In this document: piece after piece, positions 1 through 13,199 of the stretch
How the letters are laid out: the number at the start of each line of letters is the position of its first letter
Position numbering within the stretch: the first letter of the stretch is position 1
Assembly: GCF_009914755.1 (NCBI RefSeq)
Contig: NC_060942.1
Length of the DNA: 64,000 nt
From: the human T2T-CHM13v2.0 reference genome, Homo sapiens
Reading direction: 5' to 3' (one strand)
Translations under genes and position numbers: made by a program
Notes under the pieces: generated by a model
What the model was told of the DNA's origin: nothing
Seen by the model: only the letters and a program-made list of their open reading frames with translations
Database searches by the model: none

Positions 1-574
1 GATACTCAGACATCAAAGAGAAGAACAAAAGGAAAAAAAGAAAAGAAACCCAGAGACGTTTATAACTATAGATGCTGAATTGGCAGCACCTGTTTCTGCC
101 AGTTGCTCATCACTGACCAATGTACAAGACAAAATTGGAAACACAATTGATATTGATAGGTGTTAGTCGCTGAAGGGGAATTGTGCTGCTTGAAGTAAAT
201 GATAAAGAAATTGAGGGCACAGCCCTAAAAGTATTACCTCATCACCTTCTGTAGTGCTATATACAGTTTTACAGAAGAGTTGTCCTTTGACTTAGTGTGG
301 TTTAGTACCTTTCACATATGACTGAATGGAAATAATAGATTTTTCATTTTCAATTTACAAGTATCAGGATGGCATACACTTCAAAGAAAAAAAAATTCAG
401 AAACATCACTCAACAGATAGGCTACTTATAAGTTAAAAGAGATGGTAATTATGACAAGAAAAATGTAGTCTGATTGAAAGATATAGGAGTGGTGTGAAGA
501 TGTCCACCCTAGAAGCATTTAAGGCCAGAGGGATAAACTTGCCCACAATGGTAATCACATGTCCCAGGAATCAA

Positions 575-1500
575 GAGCCAGGTGCTGTTTGGGCACGGAG
601 AAGACACGAAATGGTGAAAAGACAAAACAGACAAATAACTTCTGTGTTCAAATGGAATAATAAAATAAGTAAATAATTAAAATAAAGAATGTGTCCTGCA
701 CACAAATAAGGGGTGGGGCAATAAACATTTTAAAAAGAGCGGTCAGGAATAGACTCAGTACAAAGCAGATATATGAACAAAATTCTCACCTAAAGAGATA
801 AGGAAAACAACCAGGCAGAGAGTTGAGGCTTTCTAGGCAAAGGGAACAAGAAGTAACAAATCCATGTGGCAGATACAATCAAGTACTAGGTGAAATCAAG
901 AAGCTGCCAGCCTGGGGACAGAGAAGTGAAGGAGAATGTGTGCATTCTTTTTCACACTGCTATGAATATACTACCTGAAACTGGTAATTTATAAAGGAAA
1001 GAGGTTTAATTGACTCACAGTTCTGCATGGCTGGGGAGGCCTCAGGAAACTTACAATCATGGTGGGAGGGGAATCAGGCATGTCTTACATGGCAGCTGGT
1101 GAAAGAGTGTGAGCATGCAGGAAAAACTACCACCTATAAAACTGTCAGATCTCGTGAGAATTCACTATCATGAGAACAGCATGGGGGAAACTGCCCCATA
1201 ATCCAATCACTCCCCTCTCTCCACACATGGAGATTACAATTGGAGATGAGATTTGAGTGGGGACACAGAACCAAACCACATCAGAGAGAAATGAAGTACT
1301 TGGTGAGGGCTTCAAGAAATTTCAGAAACTGGATTTGGCACTACATTGGAGTATTCTAACCAGAGTCCTGACAAAAGGTTATGTGCTTTAATTCAAAATA
1401 TTCCTCAGTGCTGTGTTAAAAATTAAACATACAATGTATGTTTTAAATAAGAAAAAACCAGAAACCACTAGAAAGTTTTTGGATCATCCAGGAAAAGTGG
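575..1500 (-). mobile_element. L2 LINE 3' remnant, interrupted by a THE1 LTR
   Basis: 'ccaggtgctgtttgggcac...gaaaagacaaaacagacaaa...ttctaggcaaagggaacaag' resembles the reverse complement of the L2 3' region; heavily diverged, ends approximate. Confidence 0.5.
937..1283 (-). mobile_element. THE1-family (MaLR) solo LTR
   Basis: Typical THE1 text 'aaaggaaagaggtttaattgactcacagttctgcatggctggggaggcctcagg' ending 'ggacacagaaccaaaccacatca'; near-TSD GAGAA/GAGAG. Confidence 0.92.
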
Positions 1501-1529
1501 AAATTTGCCTCACTAGATGATCTTGTTAT

Positions 1530-2330
1530 ACCAACCTTATTCTATGTGGTGATTTTTATACATTGCTGTCTCCTCTTTGTTAACATTTTCTCTTGGAATG
1601 GTTGGATCTCTGGTCATTAATGAGATGGTATAATATTTATAGTTTCTTGTACTGCTTTCTTTTGGCTTTTCTATTATTATATAAGACATATAAAATTAGT
1701 TTCAGATTTTTTCTTTTTTTATCCTCTGAAATAATTTATTAAAAATTGGGTTACTTTCTCAAGTCTTTTTGCTAAAAGTCACTTCTGAAATCATCTGAAT
1801 TTTTTATCTTCTTTGTGGAAATATTTTAAAGGCTTGAAAACAATTTTCTATTTCATCCGGAGCCAGTTTTAGTAGGTTATAGTTTATAACATTTTAAGCA
1901 TTTTATCTTATTTTAAATTTATTCACCCATTTTTATAGCATTCTTTCCATATATTTGATCTGTTTTACTTATAATCGTCCCTCTTTCCTACCTAATATTT
2001 TCTATTTATGTAAACATTTCTGTCTTATCAAAATTTTATCTTGCCTATTTTATCCGTTTACAAGCTTTTATTCTGTTGACCACTTTTTTTATATATTTTC
2101 ATATATAAATACATGTTTTACCTTAGTTTATCAATTTAATTTATGGTTTAATGTTGCTATTTTCTTTTATTCAAAATTATGTTAGATGTTTAGCTTACTA
2201 ATATTTGGCCATGTTATTAAATAATCAAAAAATAATTTACTTCTATTTCCATATTCACTGCATCCCACAGATTCAGATAATGCAATTCTACTTTCTACTG
2301 ATTTCTAGTAGGACTCATTAAATATTTGAA
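1530..2330 (-). mobile_element. Very old L1M fragment (probable)
   Basis: T-rich degenerate sequence with patchy resemblance to antisense L1 ORF2. Confidence 0.35.
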
Positions 2331-2348
2331 ATTAAAAAATAACCTGTA

Positions 2349-2485
2349 GACTGTGTGTGATGGTTCACACTTGTAATTCTAGCACTTTGAGAGGCCGAGG
2401 TGAGTGGACTGCTTGAATCCAGGCATTTGAGACAAACCCCATCTCTATCAATAAATAAATAAATAAGTAAGTAAATAAATAAATA
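2349..2485 (+). mobile_element. Alu monomer (FLAM-like) with (TAAA)n tail
   Basis: 'tggttcacacttgtaattctagcactttgagaggccgagg...accccatctcta' plus A-rich tail; AATAACCT on both sides. Confidence 0.88.
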
Positions 2486-2539
2486 AATAATAACCTAGTT
2501 TGTCTCATCCTAAAGTATTCCAGATTAACATATAGGTTA

Positions 2540-3490
<951 letters not shown>

Positions 3491-3496
3491 CAGTGA

Positions 3497-4060
3497 CGTA
3501 TTAGTCAGGGTTCTCCAGAGGGACAGAACTAATAGGACATACCTATATATGAAAGGAATTTTATTAAGGAGGATTGGCTCACACGATCATAAGGCAAAGT
3601 CCCTTGTTTGGTCATCTGCAAGCTATTATCTATCACAGGACACAGAAAGAAGCCTGAAAAGGAGGGAAGCCAACACTGCTGCCCTCAGTCTGTGGCCGAA
3701 GGCACAAGAGCCTACGGCAATCCACTGATGTAAATCCAAGTGTCCAAAGGCTGAAGATCTGGAATCTGATGTTTAAGGGCAGGAGGAGGAGAAGGAAGCA
3801 TTCAGCATGGGAGGAAGATGAAATCCAGAAGACTCAGCAAGCCAGCTTGTACCACCATCTTCTACCTGCTTTGTTCTAGCCAAGCTGGCAGCCAATGGTG
3901 CCCACCCACATTGAGGGCTGGCCTTCCTCTCCCTGTCCACTGACTCAAATGTCAGTATCCTCTGGCAACGCCCTCACAGACACACCCAGAAACAATTCTT
4001 CACCGGCTATCTAGGTATCCTTCAATCCAATCAAGTTGACACCTAATATTAACTATCACA
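3497..4060 (-). mobile_element. MLT2 (ERVL) solo LTR, MLT2A2/B-like
   Basis: Starts 'gtattagtcagggttctccagagggacagaactaatagg', ends 'caatcaagttgacacctaatattaactatcaca'; TSD AGTGA/AGTAA. Confidence 0.92.
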
Positions 4061-4228
4061 AGTAACGAATTACCTCTTTTTACATGGTACCTCTACTATC
4101 CATGATAATTATTTTCCCTAAACATTGATTTGATCTCGTACTGGAAATATTACATCAGCTGTCTTTTGGTTTGTGTAAGCACCACACGGATCTAATCTAT
4201 ATCTAATATATCCACCAGTGTACTGTTA

Positions 4229-4427
4229 AGGTCACATGATCCAAGGTGAAGAAAAAGAAACAAAACTCTCTTAAAGGGTTCAGGAGATTGAAACCCAATA
4301 CTCACACATAAATTGAAACCCAACACTCACACATAAATTGAGGTCACCTGATCCAAGGTGAAGAAAAAAGAAACAAAACTTTCTTTAAGGATTCAGGGGA
4401 TTGAAACCCAACACTCACATATAAATT
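4229..4427. repeat. Nested tandem duplication (87-bp unit x2 with an extra 25-bp subunit)
   Basis: Copy 1 at 4229-4315, extra 'aaacccaacactcacacataaattg' at 4316-4340, copy 2 at 4341-4427. Confidence 0.95.
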
Positions 4428-4717
4428 AGTATCTGCTCATGTTCGCTAGACTGGAAACAGTAAAGAATCCTGGTGCATTGGGTAGAAGACTACTCAAGAA
4501 GTTCCTCCCTCAGTGGTGGAGTACTACACTAAGTACTGCTGAAGAGATTAAGTTAATCATTTGGATTTAGAATGACTCTACTCTATTTCTAAAGTTTAAA
4601 TTCATAGCACTATGGAAATTCTCAAATTCAAAGAATACTACAGCTAGAATCCCTTCTCTAAATTACATTCACTTAGAGGGGGTTGGGGGAAGGGACCACC
4701 TTGAGATGTACAGAAGA

Positions 4718-5015
4718 TTTTTTTTTTCCTTTGGAGACAGATTCTTGCTCTGTAGCTCAGGCTGGAGTACAGTGGCACCATCTCAGCTCACTGCAACATT
4801 CGACTCCCTGATTCAAGTAATTCTTGTGCCTCAGCCTTCTGAGTAGCTGGGACCACAGGCGTGTGCCAGCACACCCAGCTAATTTTTTGTATTTTTGTTA
4901 TAGACGGGGTTTTGGCGTGTTGCTTAGGCTTGTCTGGAACTCCTGAGCTTAGGCAATCCTCCCACGTCACCTCCCAAAGTGCTGGGATTACAGGCATGAG
5001 CCACTGCACCCGGCC
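4718..5015 (-). mobile_element. Alu (older, AluJ/S-like), full length
   Basis: Complete antisense Alu; GAGATGTACA on both flanks. Confidence 0.96.
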
Positions 5016-7364
5016 GAGATGTACAAGAGACATCCAGTGACTCTCACAAGTAAGTGAGTTGCAGCCCACACAGCAGCCACTGAGTTCTTGTAATTTAAAC
5101 ATGTCCCAGAACAGGTAACAGAATCTCATTGAATGCGGCATTTTGGTTATTACTTATTTGTCAAAGCTTTCTCAGTAAATCCAGAAATTTAAATTTCTCA
5201 AAAACTGTCTTTTCATATCTCATATCATCCCCAAATGCTTTAAAGTTGTATGTGGTGGAGTGTAAGAATTGAGGAGGAATCAATATATAGCCTTTTGTTT
5301 TCAGGAATTTTATGTGTATTGTATAGTCTTCCATGCTGTACATATAAATATTACTTTTATCTCATCATTAAAATTATTATTTGTTGGTTATAATTCACTA
5401 GGTGAAAGTGATTCTCCTCAAACCTGTAAATGTTATTTAGTTTTACTCTGTCTTTTATTGCTCGAAAGATACATTATTGGTGAACCTATTAAAAACAATA
5501 GATCAAAAGAGAATGATGGTGACTAAACAATGAATATAGGCAGGAGAGTAAACAACGTCAGAAGGGATTATTTTTTAATATTATAAGATCAAAAAGTAGA
5601 TGACAACATACTTAAATGTTTAATGTAAAAACTCTCTTAGGCAGTAGAATCCCATGGGCATTCACATGACAACAGAGTAAATAGAAAAGTTAGACTAGGA
5701 GAAAAAAGCAACTTTCCTAAAAAAATTTTAAAAAATACAAAAAAAATTGAAAGAATACTACTAATTTATTATCACTGTGAGAAGCTGTATTTTTTGTAAC
5801 TTCTGAGTTTATGATATTCCTCTTGACTTGGTTTTGTAAAATAACGGTGAATATGTAATATTATATCAAAGTGTAAAAAAAGTTTTTAAATCATTTACGT
5901 CATAATCGGAGAACTCTGATGGTTTCTGGCAATCAGACTGCATCTCCCTAGCACATTTATTTACCTATATAAAGTAGAAGTAGAGATCGATTCCGAGGAG
6001 GGTAAGCACTGTGTTGCATCAGATGAGGCCTCTGAAAAATCATAAAGAAAGCTATACTTGAGCAAGCAGAAATGAATCATTTGTTCAAGCACAGACGTTT
6101 TCAAGGGACTTTGGGAGAATAAGATTTTTAAAGTGCATTTAATCACAACTCAGCGTTCTACCTTTTTTCTATTAGGTCCATCATCTTTAGATGGGGAATT
6201 ACTGAGGATATGAATCCAGATTAATTCTTCAACATTTGCAATGGTCTCAAATCTGATCCTCAGTATGGTCAGCCCTTAATTGAAGGAGATGAGAGTATCT
6301 GTAAGGTTTTCAGATTTTTCATGCTTTGTTACAAAATGGTAATTAGCCAGACTTTTTTCTTTCAGTGTATTGCAGGTGTGTAGGAATAACATAATTGATG
6401 TCAATAGGCCTTATAACTACAAAGAATATTGCTATAACTTCTAAGTCCACTGTGCCTATCAAATGACAAGGTTAACACAGAGCCACTGCATCCTCCTCCA
6501 CCTGGTTTCTATTCTTATTCACCGCAGCTTTTGCTCTATCCCACCAGGATCTTGAAGCATAAGCCACGAATATAATTTTTCTTCCATCTAGGGAAATGGG
6601 TTGGCGATTTAGAATCCCGCAATAGTTATTCACTGGCGATTGGCAACCCCCTGGAGGATATAAACTTTCAGGCAGTTCAGCTTTTTTGCTCCTGTGGGTG
6701 AACCAGCTTGAAAAGACAGTATTGTAAAGAAAGTTGCAAGTAGAAGAAAGCTGCAGAGACTGAGAGATTGATATGGAAGCTTGCGAAAGGTATCCAAAGG
6801 GACCTAGCTGCAATCCTAACACTGCTAGGCTGCAGAGTCATTGCAGCACATCGTATCACAGGTGTCGCCATGAAATGATTTATTGTTGAATATTCTTAAC
6901 ATATTTTTCCACAATTGGAGAGAAAAGGGAAGAACAAACACTCAATTAAACTTCCTATTGAAATTGGCATATATTTTTCTTTAACTTTCACAAATCAAAG
7001 CAAATTGCATGTCATTAGCTAATACTAAACAGCTAAGAGAAACAACATCTACATGTAAAGAGAGTAAATTGATAAAATCATTATGCCATAAAATCGGTGG
7101 AAAGGCCATGAGATCTAATAGATGTTACAAACTTCATATGCTTTTTAAAACATGTATTGAGGTATAATTGATATACAACAAACTGCACATATTTAAAGGG
7201 TACAGTTTGATAAGTTTTGACACACGTATAAATCCATAATGCATCACCAAGATAATAAAGGTGTACATCAGCCCTCCAATTTTTTGGCTCTTTTATAATT
7301 CAAGGGTATAAAGTGCTTCCACTCATCCACCACTTCCACTATGGCCCCTGAAAACCCAGGTCTG

Positions 7365-7435
7365 ATACATATATCAGATATCTGTATCTATATATATCAT
7401 CTATCTATCTATATATATCACCTATATATATCATC

Positions 7436-7467
<32 letters not shown>

Positions 7468-7485
7468 TAGGTAGATAGATAGATA
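7365..7485. repeat. Compound microsatellite (TA)n/(TCTA)n/(CA)n/(GATA)n
   Basis: Seen directly. Confidence 0.9.
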
Positions 7486-8423
7486 CAAGATTCTAGATTT
7501 GTATTAAAAAGAATTATTCAGTATAAACTCTTTTTGAGAGTGGGAGGAACTTGTCTCTTCATACAGTATAATTACTTTAGAATTCGTTAATATTTCACTG
7601 TTTTTAACTATGTGTTCTTAACAATTTCTGAGTAGTCTTCTATTGTGTGGATGTGGTACAGAGTGATTAGTAATCCACCTACTGACCAACATATGGATGT
7701 TTCCAGTTTATTTGGCTGTTACAAATAAATTAGTAGCAAACATTTAAGTTTAAGGTTTTTTATAGACATATGTCATCTTTTCCTTTGGTAAATAAGGAGA
7801 GTTGAAATGGCCAGATCACAGGTAATACATGTGCTTAATTTTTAAGCAATTGCCAAATTGCTTTCCAAAGAGGCATATAATTTAATTCTCCACGAAAAAG
7901 TGATTTCAGTCCCTCTACTTCTTTCTCAAAACTTGATAAAATTTTTGTTTTTACTTTTAGCCATTTCAATATGTTTGAAGTACTACTATATTGTGGTTAT
8001 AACTTCTATTTCTCTTATGACTAATGATTTTAATTACCAACTCATGCTTACCTATCATCCATTTGTTCATTTGTTTTCTTTGTTGAAGCAACCATTCAAA
8101 TTTTTGGTTCATATTTAATTTGATTTTTATTTTGTTATTGATTTTCACACATATATATATTCAAGGTACATGTTCTTTATATCTTTTTATGCTCATAGTG
8201 TATTTCAAGAAGCAGAAGTTTCTCATTTTGAAAACATCCAATGTATCAATTTGTATTTACTGTTGTATCAAAAATATTTGACTATAAATCTGTAGTCTAT
8301 TTCAAGTGTATTTTTGTATATGAGCTGAGATATAAAATGAAGGTCCTTTTATATGAACATGGATACTCAATTATCCCAGAAGAATTGGTTAAAAAGATAA
8401 ATTTTCTCCACTGCATTTATTTT

Positions 8424-8458
8424 TACACTTGATCTTAGCCAAAAGGCCGAGAAGTGAT
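8424..8458 (-). pseudogene. RNU2: U2 snRNA 3'-truncated retropseudogene (U2 nt 1-35)
   Basis: Reverse complement ATCACTTCTCGGCCTTTTGGCTAAGATCAAGTGTA equals the U2 5' end with one CpG-type mismatch; perfect TSD CCACTGCATTTATTTT at 8408-8423 and 8459-8474. Confidence 0.96.
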
Positions 8459-9208
8459 CCACTGCATTTATTTTTTAAATGAATTATCCATTTAAGTGTT
8501 AGTCTATTTTTGAAATACAATTTCAACATTTATTTTAAAGGGTACACATGCAGATGTGTGACATCGGTATATTGCATTACATGAGGTTTGGGCTACAAAT
8601 GATCCCTTCATCCTGGCTGTAAGCATAGTACCCAATAAGTGGTTTTCAGCTCATGGCCCTCTCCCTCCTGTACAGTACTCCCTAATGTTTATTGTTCCCA
8701 TCTTTATATTTATATATATGTGTGTATTACAGTGTTTAACTCCCACTTATGAGTGAGAACATTCAGTATTTGATTTTCTGTTCTTGCATTAATTCACTTA
8801 AGGTAATGACCTCCAGCTGCATCCACATTACTGCAAAGGTCATGATTTCCTTGTTTTAAATGGCTGCATAGTATTCCATGGTGTACATATACCACATTTT
8901 CTTTATCCAATACACTGTTGACGGGCACCTAGGTGGCTTCTGTGTCTTTGCTATTGTGAATAGCGCTGTGATGAACATGCCAGCATATGTGTCTTTTTGA
9001 TAGAACAATTTGTTTTCTTATGAATATATTCCCAGTAGTGGGATTGCTGGGTTGAATGGCAGTTCTGTTTTAAGTTCTTCGAGAAATCTACAAACTGCTT
9101 ACACAGCGGTCAAACTAGTTTCATTCCCACCAACAGTGTGTAAGTGTTTCCATTTCTTCATGGTCTTCCCAACACCTGTTATCATTTGACTTTTTAATCA
9201 TAGCCATT

Positions 9209-9313
9209 GTGCATGAACCTGGGAGGCGGAGCTTGCAGTGAGCTGAGATCCTGCCACTGCACTCCAGCCTGGGCAACACAGCGAGACTCCGTCTCAAAAA
9301 AAAAAAATAATAA
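9209..9313 (+). mobile_element. 5'-truncated AluY (distal right arm)
   Basis: 'gcatgaacctgggaggcggagcttgcagtgagc' AluY diagnostic bases, A tail; TSD taatcatagccatt/taataatagccatt. Confidence 0.93.
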
Positions 9314-11305
9314 TAATAATAGCCATTCTGACTGGTATGAGATGGAATCTCATTGTGGTTCTGATTTGCATTTCCATGATATTAGTGATGTTGAGCATTT
9401 TTACGTTTGTTGACCGATTGTCTTCTTTTGAGACATGTCCATTCATGTCCTTTTTGCTTTTTAAATTGGTTTATTGTGTATTGATTTATTTAAGTTCCTT
9501 GTAGATTCTGGATATTAGACCTTTATCAGATACTTAGTTTTCAAATATATTCTTCCATTCTGTGGGTTTTCTGTTTGCTCTGTTGATAGTTTCGTTTGAT
9601 GTGCCCCAGCTCTTTAGTTTAGTTAGGTCTCACTTGTCAGTTTTTGTTTTCATTGCAATTGTTTTGGGGACTTAGTGATAAATTCCTTGCCAAGGCCAAT
9701 ATCAAAAAGCTTTTCCTTGGTTTTCTTCTAGGATTCTTATAGTTTGAGGTATTATATTTAAATATTTAATTCATAGTGAGTTAACATGTACATAATGTGA
9801 GCGGTAGGGGTCCAGTTTCATTCCTCTGCATATGGCTAGCCAGCTAACCCAGTACCAGTCGTTGAATAGTGGGTCCTTTCTCCATTGCTTAATTTTGTTG
9901 ACTTTGCCAAAGATCACATGGATAGGTGTGTATAGGTTTATTTCTGCATTATTTATTTTCCATTGGTCTATCTGTTTTTGTATGAGTACCATGCTGCTTA
10001 GGTTACTGCAACATAGTTCAAAGTCAGATAATGTGCAGTCTCCACATTTTCAAAGAACAATGATGTTTTCTTTCTGCTTAAGTTTGCTTTGGCTATTTGG
10101 GCTCTTTTTTAGTTCCATATGATTTTTAGAATAGATTTTTCTAATTCTGTGAAAAATGACATGGTGTTTTCATAGGGATAGTGTTGACTCTGTAAATTGC
10201 TTTGGGCAGTATGGACATTTTCCAGTATTGATTCTATGAATCCATGAGTATAGACTATTTTTCCATTTACGTATGTCATCTGTAATTTATTTCAGCAGTG
10301 TTTTGTGATTCCTCTTGTAGATAACTTTTCCCATCTTGTTTAGCCATAGTCCTAGGTGTTCCATTTTTTTGTGGCTACTGCAACTAGGATTGTGTTCTTG
10401 ATTTGTTTCTCAGCTAGAATGTTGTTGGTGTATAGAAATGCTACTGATTTTTGTACATTGATTTTGTGTCCTGAAACTTGACTGAATTTGTTTATAAATT
10501 CCAGGAGCTTTTTGACAGAGTATTTAAGGTTTTCTATAAATGGAATTATATCATCAGCAAAGACAGATAGTTGTGTTCTTCTGTTCGTATTTGGATGCTT
10601 TTTATTCTCTTTTCTGATTGCTCTGACTAGGACATTCAATATGTTCTTAAATAGGAGAGGTGAGAGTAGGCATCCTTGTCTTGTTCCAGTTCTCAAGAAA
10701 AATGCTTCCAGCTATTGCCCATTCAGTGTGATGTTGGCTGTGACTTTGGCATAGATGGATTTTATAATGTTTAGGTATTTTCCTTTGATGCCTAGTCTGT
10801 AGATGATTTTTACCTTGAATAGACTTTGCATTTTATTGAAGGTTTTTTCTGTGTCCATTGAGATGCTCATGTCATTCTGGCTTTTTATTCTGTTTATATG
10901 GTGAATCACATGTGTTTATTTTTGTATGTAGAACCAACCTTCCATAACAAGAATAAAGCCTTCTTGAGCATGGTGAATTAATTTATTGATGTACTGCTGG
11001 ATTTGGTTCGCTGTATTTTGTTGAGAATTTTTGCATCTATATTCATCAGGAATATTCCCCTGAAGTTTTTGTTTCTTTGTGTTGTCTCTGCCAAATTTTG
11101 GTATCAGGATGATGCTGGCTTTGTCAAACAAGGTGGGTAGCAGCCTCTTCTGGTTGATTTTATGGAATAGTTTCAGTAGGGGTGCTATCAGTTCTTCTTC
11201 GTACATTTGGTAAAATTCAGCTATGAATCCATCTAATTTAAAGCTCTTTTTAGTTGGTGGGTTTTCCATTACTGATTCAATTTCAGAACTTGTTACTGGT
11301 CCATT

Positions 11306-11585
11306 CAAAATTTGGCAGAGACAACAAAAAACCAAAACTTCAGGCGAATATTCCTGGTGAATATAGGTGCAAAACTTCTCAACAAAATCCAGCAGTACAT
11401 CAATAAGTTAATTCACCACGATCAAGAAGGCTTTATTTCTGAGATGCAAGGTTGGTTCAACATACAAAACTAAATATATGTGATTCACCACATAAACAGA
11501 ATCAAAAACCAAAACCACTTGATTATCTCAATAGACACAGAAAAAGCCTTTGATAAAATGCAAAGTCTATTCATGATAAAAATTC
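11306..11585 (+). repeat. Inverted duplicate of L1 segment ~10805-11100
   Basis: Reverse complement match; ORF track shows twin peptides [12 protein letters not shown]...FNKMQSLF (-) and [12 protein letters not shown]...FDKMQSLF (+). Confidence 0.92.
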
Positions 11586-12875
11586 TTTGCTTAGATTTTT
11601 ACTTTCTCCCTGGTTCAATCTTGGAGGATTGTTTGTTTCCAGGAATTTATCCATATCCTGTAGATTTTCTAATTTTTGTATGTAGTGATGTTTGTAATAG
11701 TCTCCCAGGAGCTCTGTATTTCTGTGGGATTGTTTTTAATGTCATCTTTTTTATTTCTGATTCTGCTTATTTGGATATTTTTTCTCTTTGTTAATCTAAC
11801 AGTCTATCAATCTTACTTATTCTTTGAATAACCAATTCTTGGTTTTATTGATCTTTTGTATGAACTTTTGGGTATAAATTTCATTCAGTTCTCTGATTTT
11901 ACGTATTCATTTTTTTTCTACCAGTTTGGGGGTTGGATTGTTCTTTTTCATTTTCTAGTTCCTACAGGTGTGATGTTAGTTTGTTAATTTGAAATCTTTC
12001 TAAATCATTGAAAGTGTTTAACACTGTAAACTTTCCTCTTAACACAGCTTTTGCTGCATCCCACATATTTTGGTAAATTGTGTCTCTATTTTTTTATCTC
12101 AAATAAATTTTTGATTTCTGCCTTTACTTTATTGTTCACCCAAGAGTTGTTTAGAAGCAAGTTGTTTAGTGTTCATGTTTTTGTGTAGTTTCAAGAGATT
12201 TTGTTGGTATTGATTTCTATTTTTATTGTACTGTGATCCGAGAATGTGCCTGATATTGTTTCAATTTTAAAAATTTATTGAGATGTGCTTTGTTGCTGAG
12301 TCTGTAGTCAGTCTTAGAATTAGTATGTGCTCCATGTGCAGAGGAGAAGAATGCATATTCTCTGGCTGTTGGGTGAAGTATTCTGTTGATGTCTCTTAGG
12401 TCCAATTGGTCAAGTGTCGAGTTTAAGTCCATAATTTTTTTGTTCATTTTCTACCTCGCCAATCTGTCTAAGGCTGTCAGTAAGGTGTTGAAGTCCCCCA
12501 TAATTATTGTGTGGCTCAGTCTTTTTGTAGGTTAAAAAGGTTTTATGAATCTAGGTGCTCTAGTGTTTAGTGAATATATATATTTTTCTTCTTGTTGAAT
12601 TGAACCCTCCATCATTATGTAATGCCCTTCTTTTGATCTGTCATGTTGTTGTTGGCTATTTGTTTTGTAGACTCGACTATGTAATTGCTTTATCTTGTCT
12701 GTGGGTTATGTGCTTGAGTTCATTTTTGTGGTAGCAGGCTTTGATTTTTTTTTTCATGTTTAGCACCCCCTTAAGGACCTTGTAAATCTAATCTGGCAGT
12801 AACAAATTCTCTTAGTATTTATATGTCTAAATAGGATTTTATATCTCCTTTGCTTATGAATCTTAGTTTGAAGGG

Positions 12876-13199
12876 TTTATTACTCTCTTCTCACACTGCT
12901 AATAATGACATACCTGAGACTGGGCAATTTATAAAGAAAAAGAGGTTTAATGGACTAATAGTTCCACATGGCTGAGGAGGCCTCACAATTATGTCAGAAG
13001 GCAAAGGAGGAGCAAAGTCACGTCTTACATGGTGGCAGGCAAGATAGAGCACGCAGGGGAACTCCCCTTTATGAAACCATCACATCTCATGAAACATATT
13101 CACTATCACAAGAACAGCATGGGAAAGACCTGCCCCCATGATTCCATTGGCTTCCATTGGGTCCCTCCCACAGCATGTGGGAATTATGAGACCTACAAT
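12876..13199 (-). mobile_element. THE1 LTR (THE1B/C-like), 5' end missing
   Basis: 'aaagaaaaagaggtttaatggact...ggaactcccctttatgaaacc...gggaattatgagacctacaat'. Confidence 0.92.

Larger units (their letters stand above)
7140..8511 (-). mobile_element. Old L1M 3' end (host element, left part)
   Basis: 'tattgaggtataattgatatacaacaaactgcacatatttaaagggtacagtttgataagttttgac' is the classic antisense L1M 3' terminus; resumes at ~15940. Confidence 0.85.

Noticed and set aside
4288-4427. Three copies of 'ttgaaacccaacactcacacataaatt', superficially like a CRISPR repeat (ATTGAAAC)
   Set aside because: Two copies are adjacent and the intervening DNA is itself duplicated, not a unique spacer; explained by tandem duplication.
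10352-11335. Reverse-transcriptase-like ORFs
   Set aside because: Frameshifted remnants of L1 ORF2, not a functional or novel RT.
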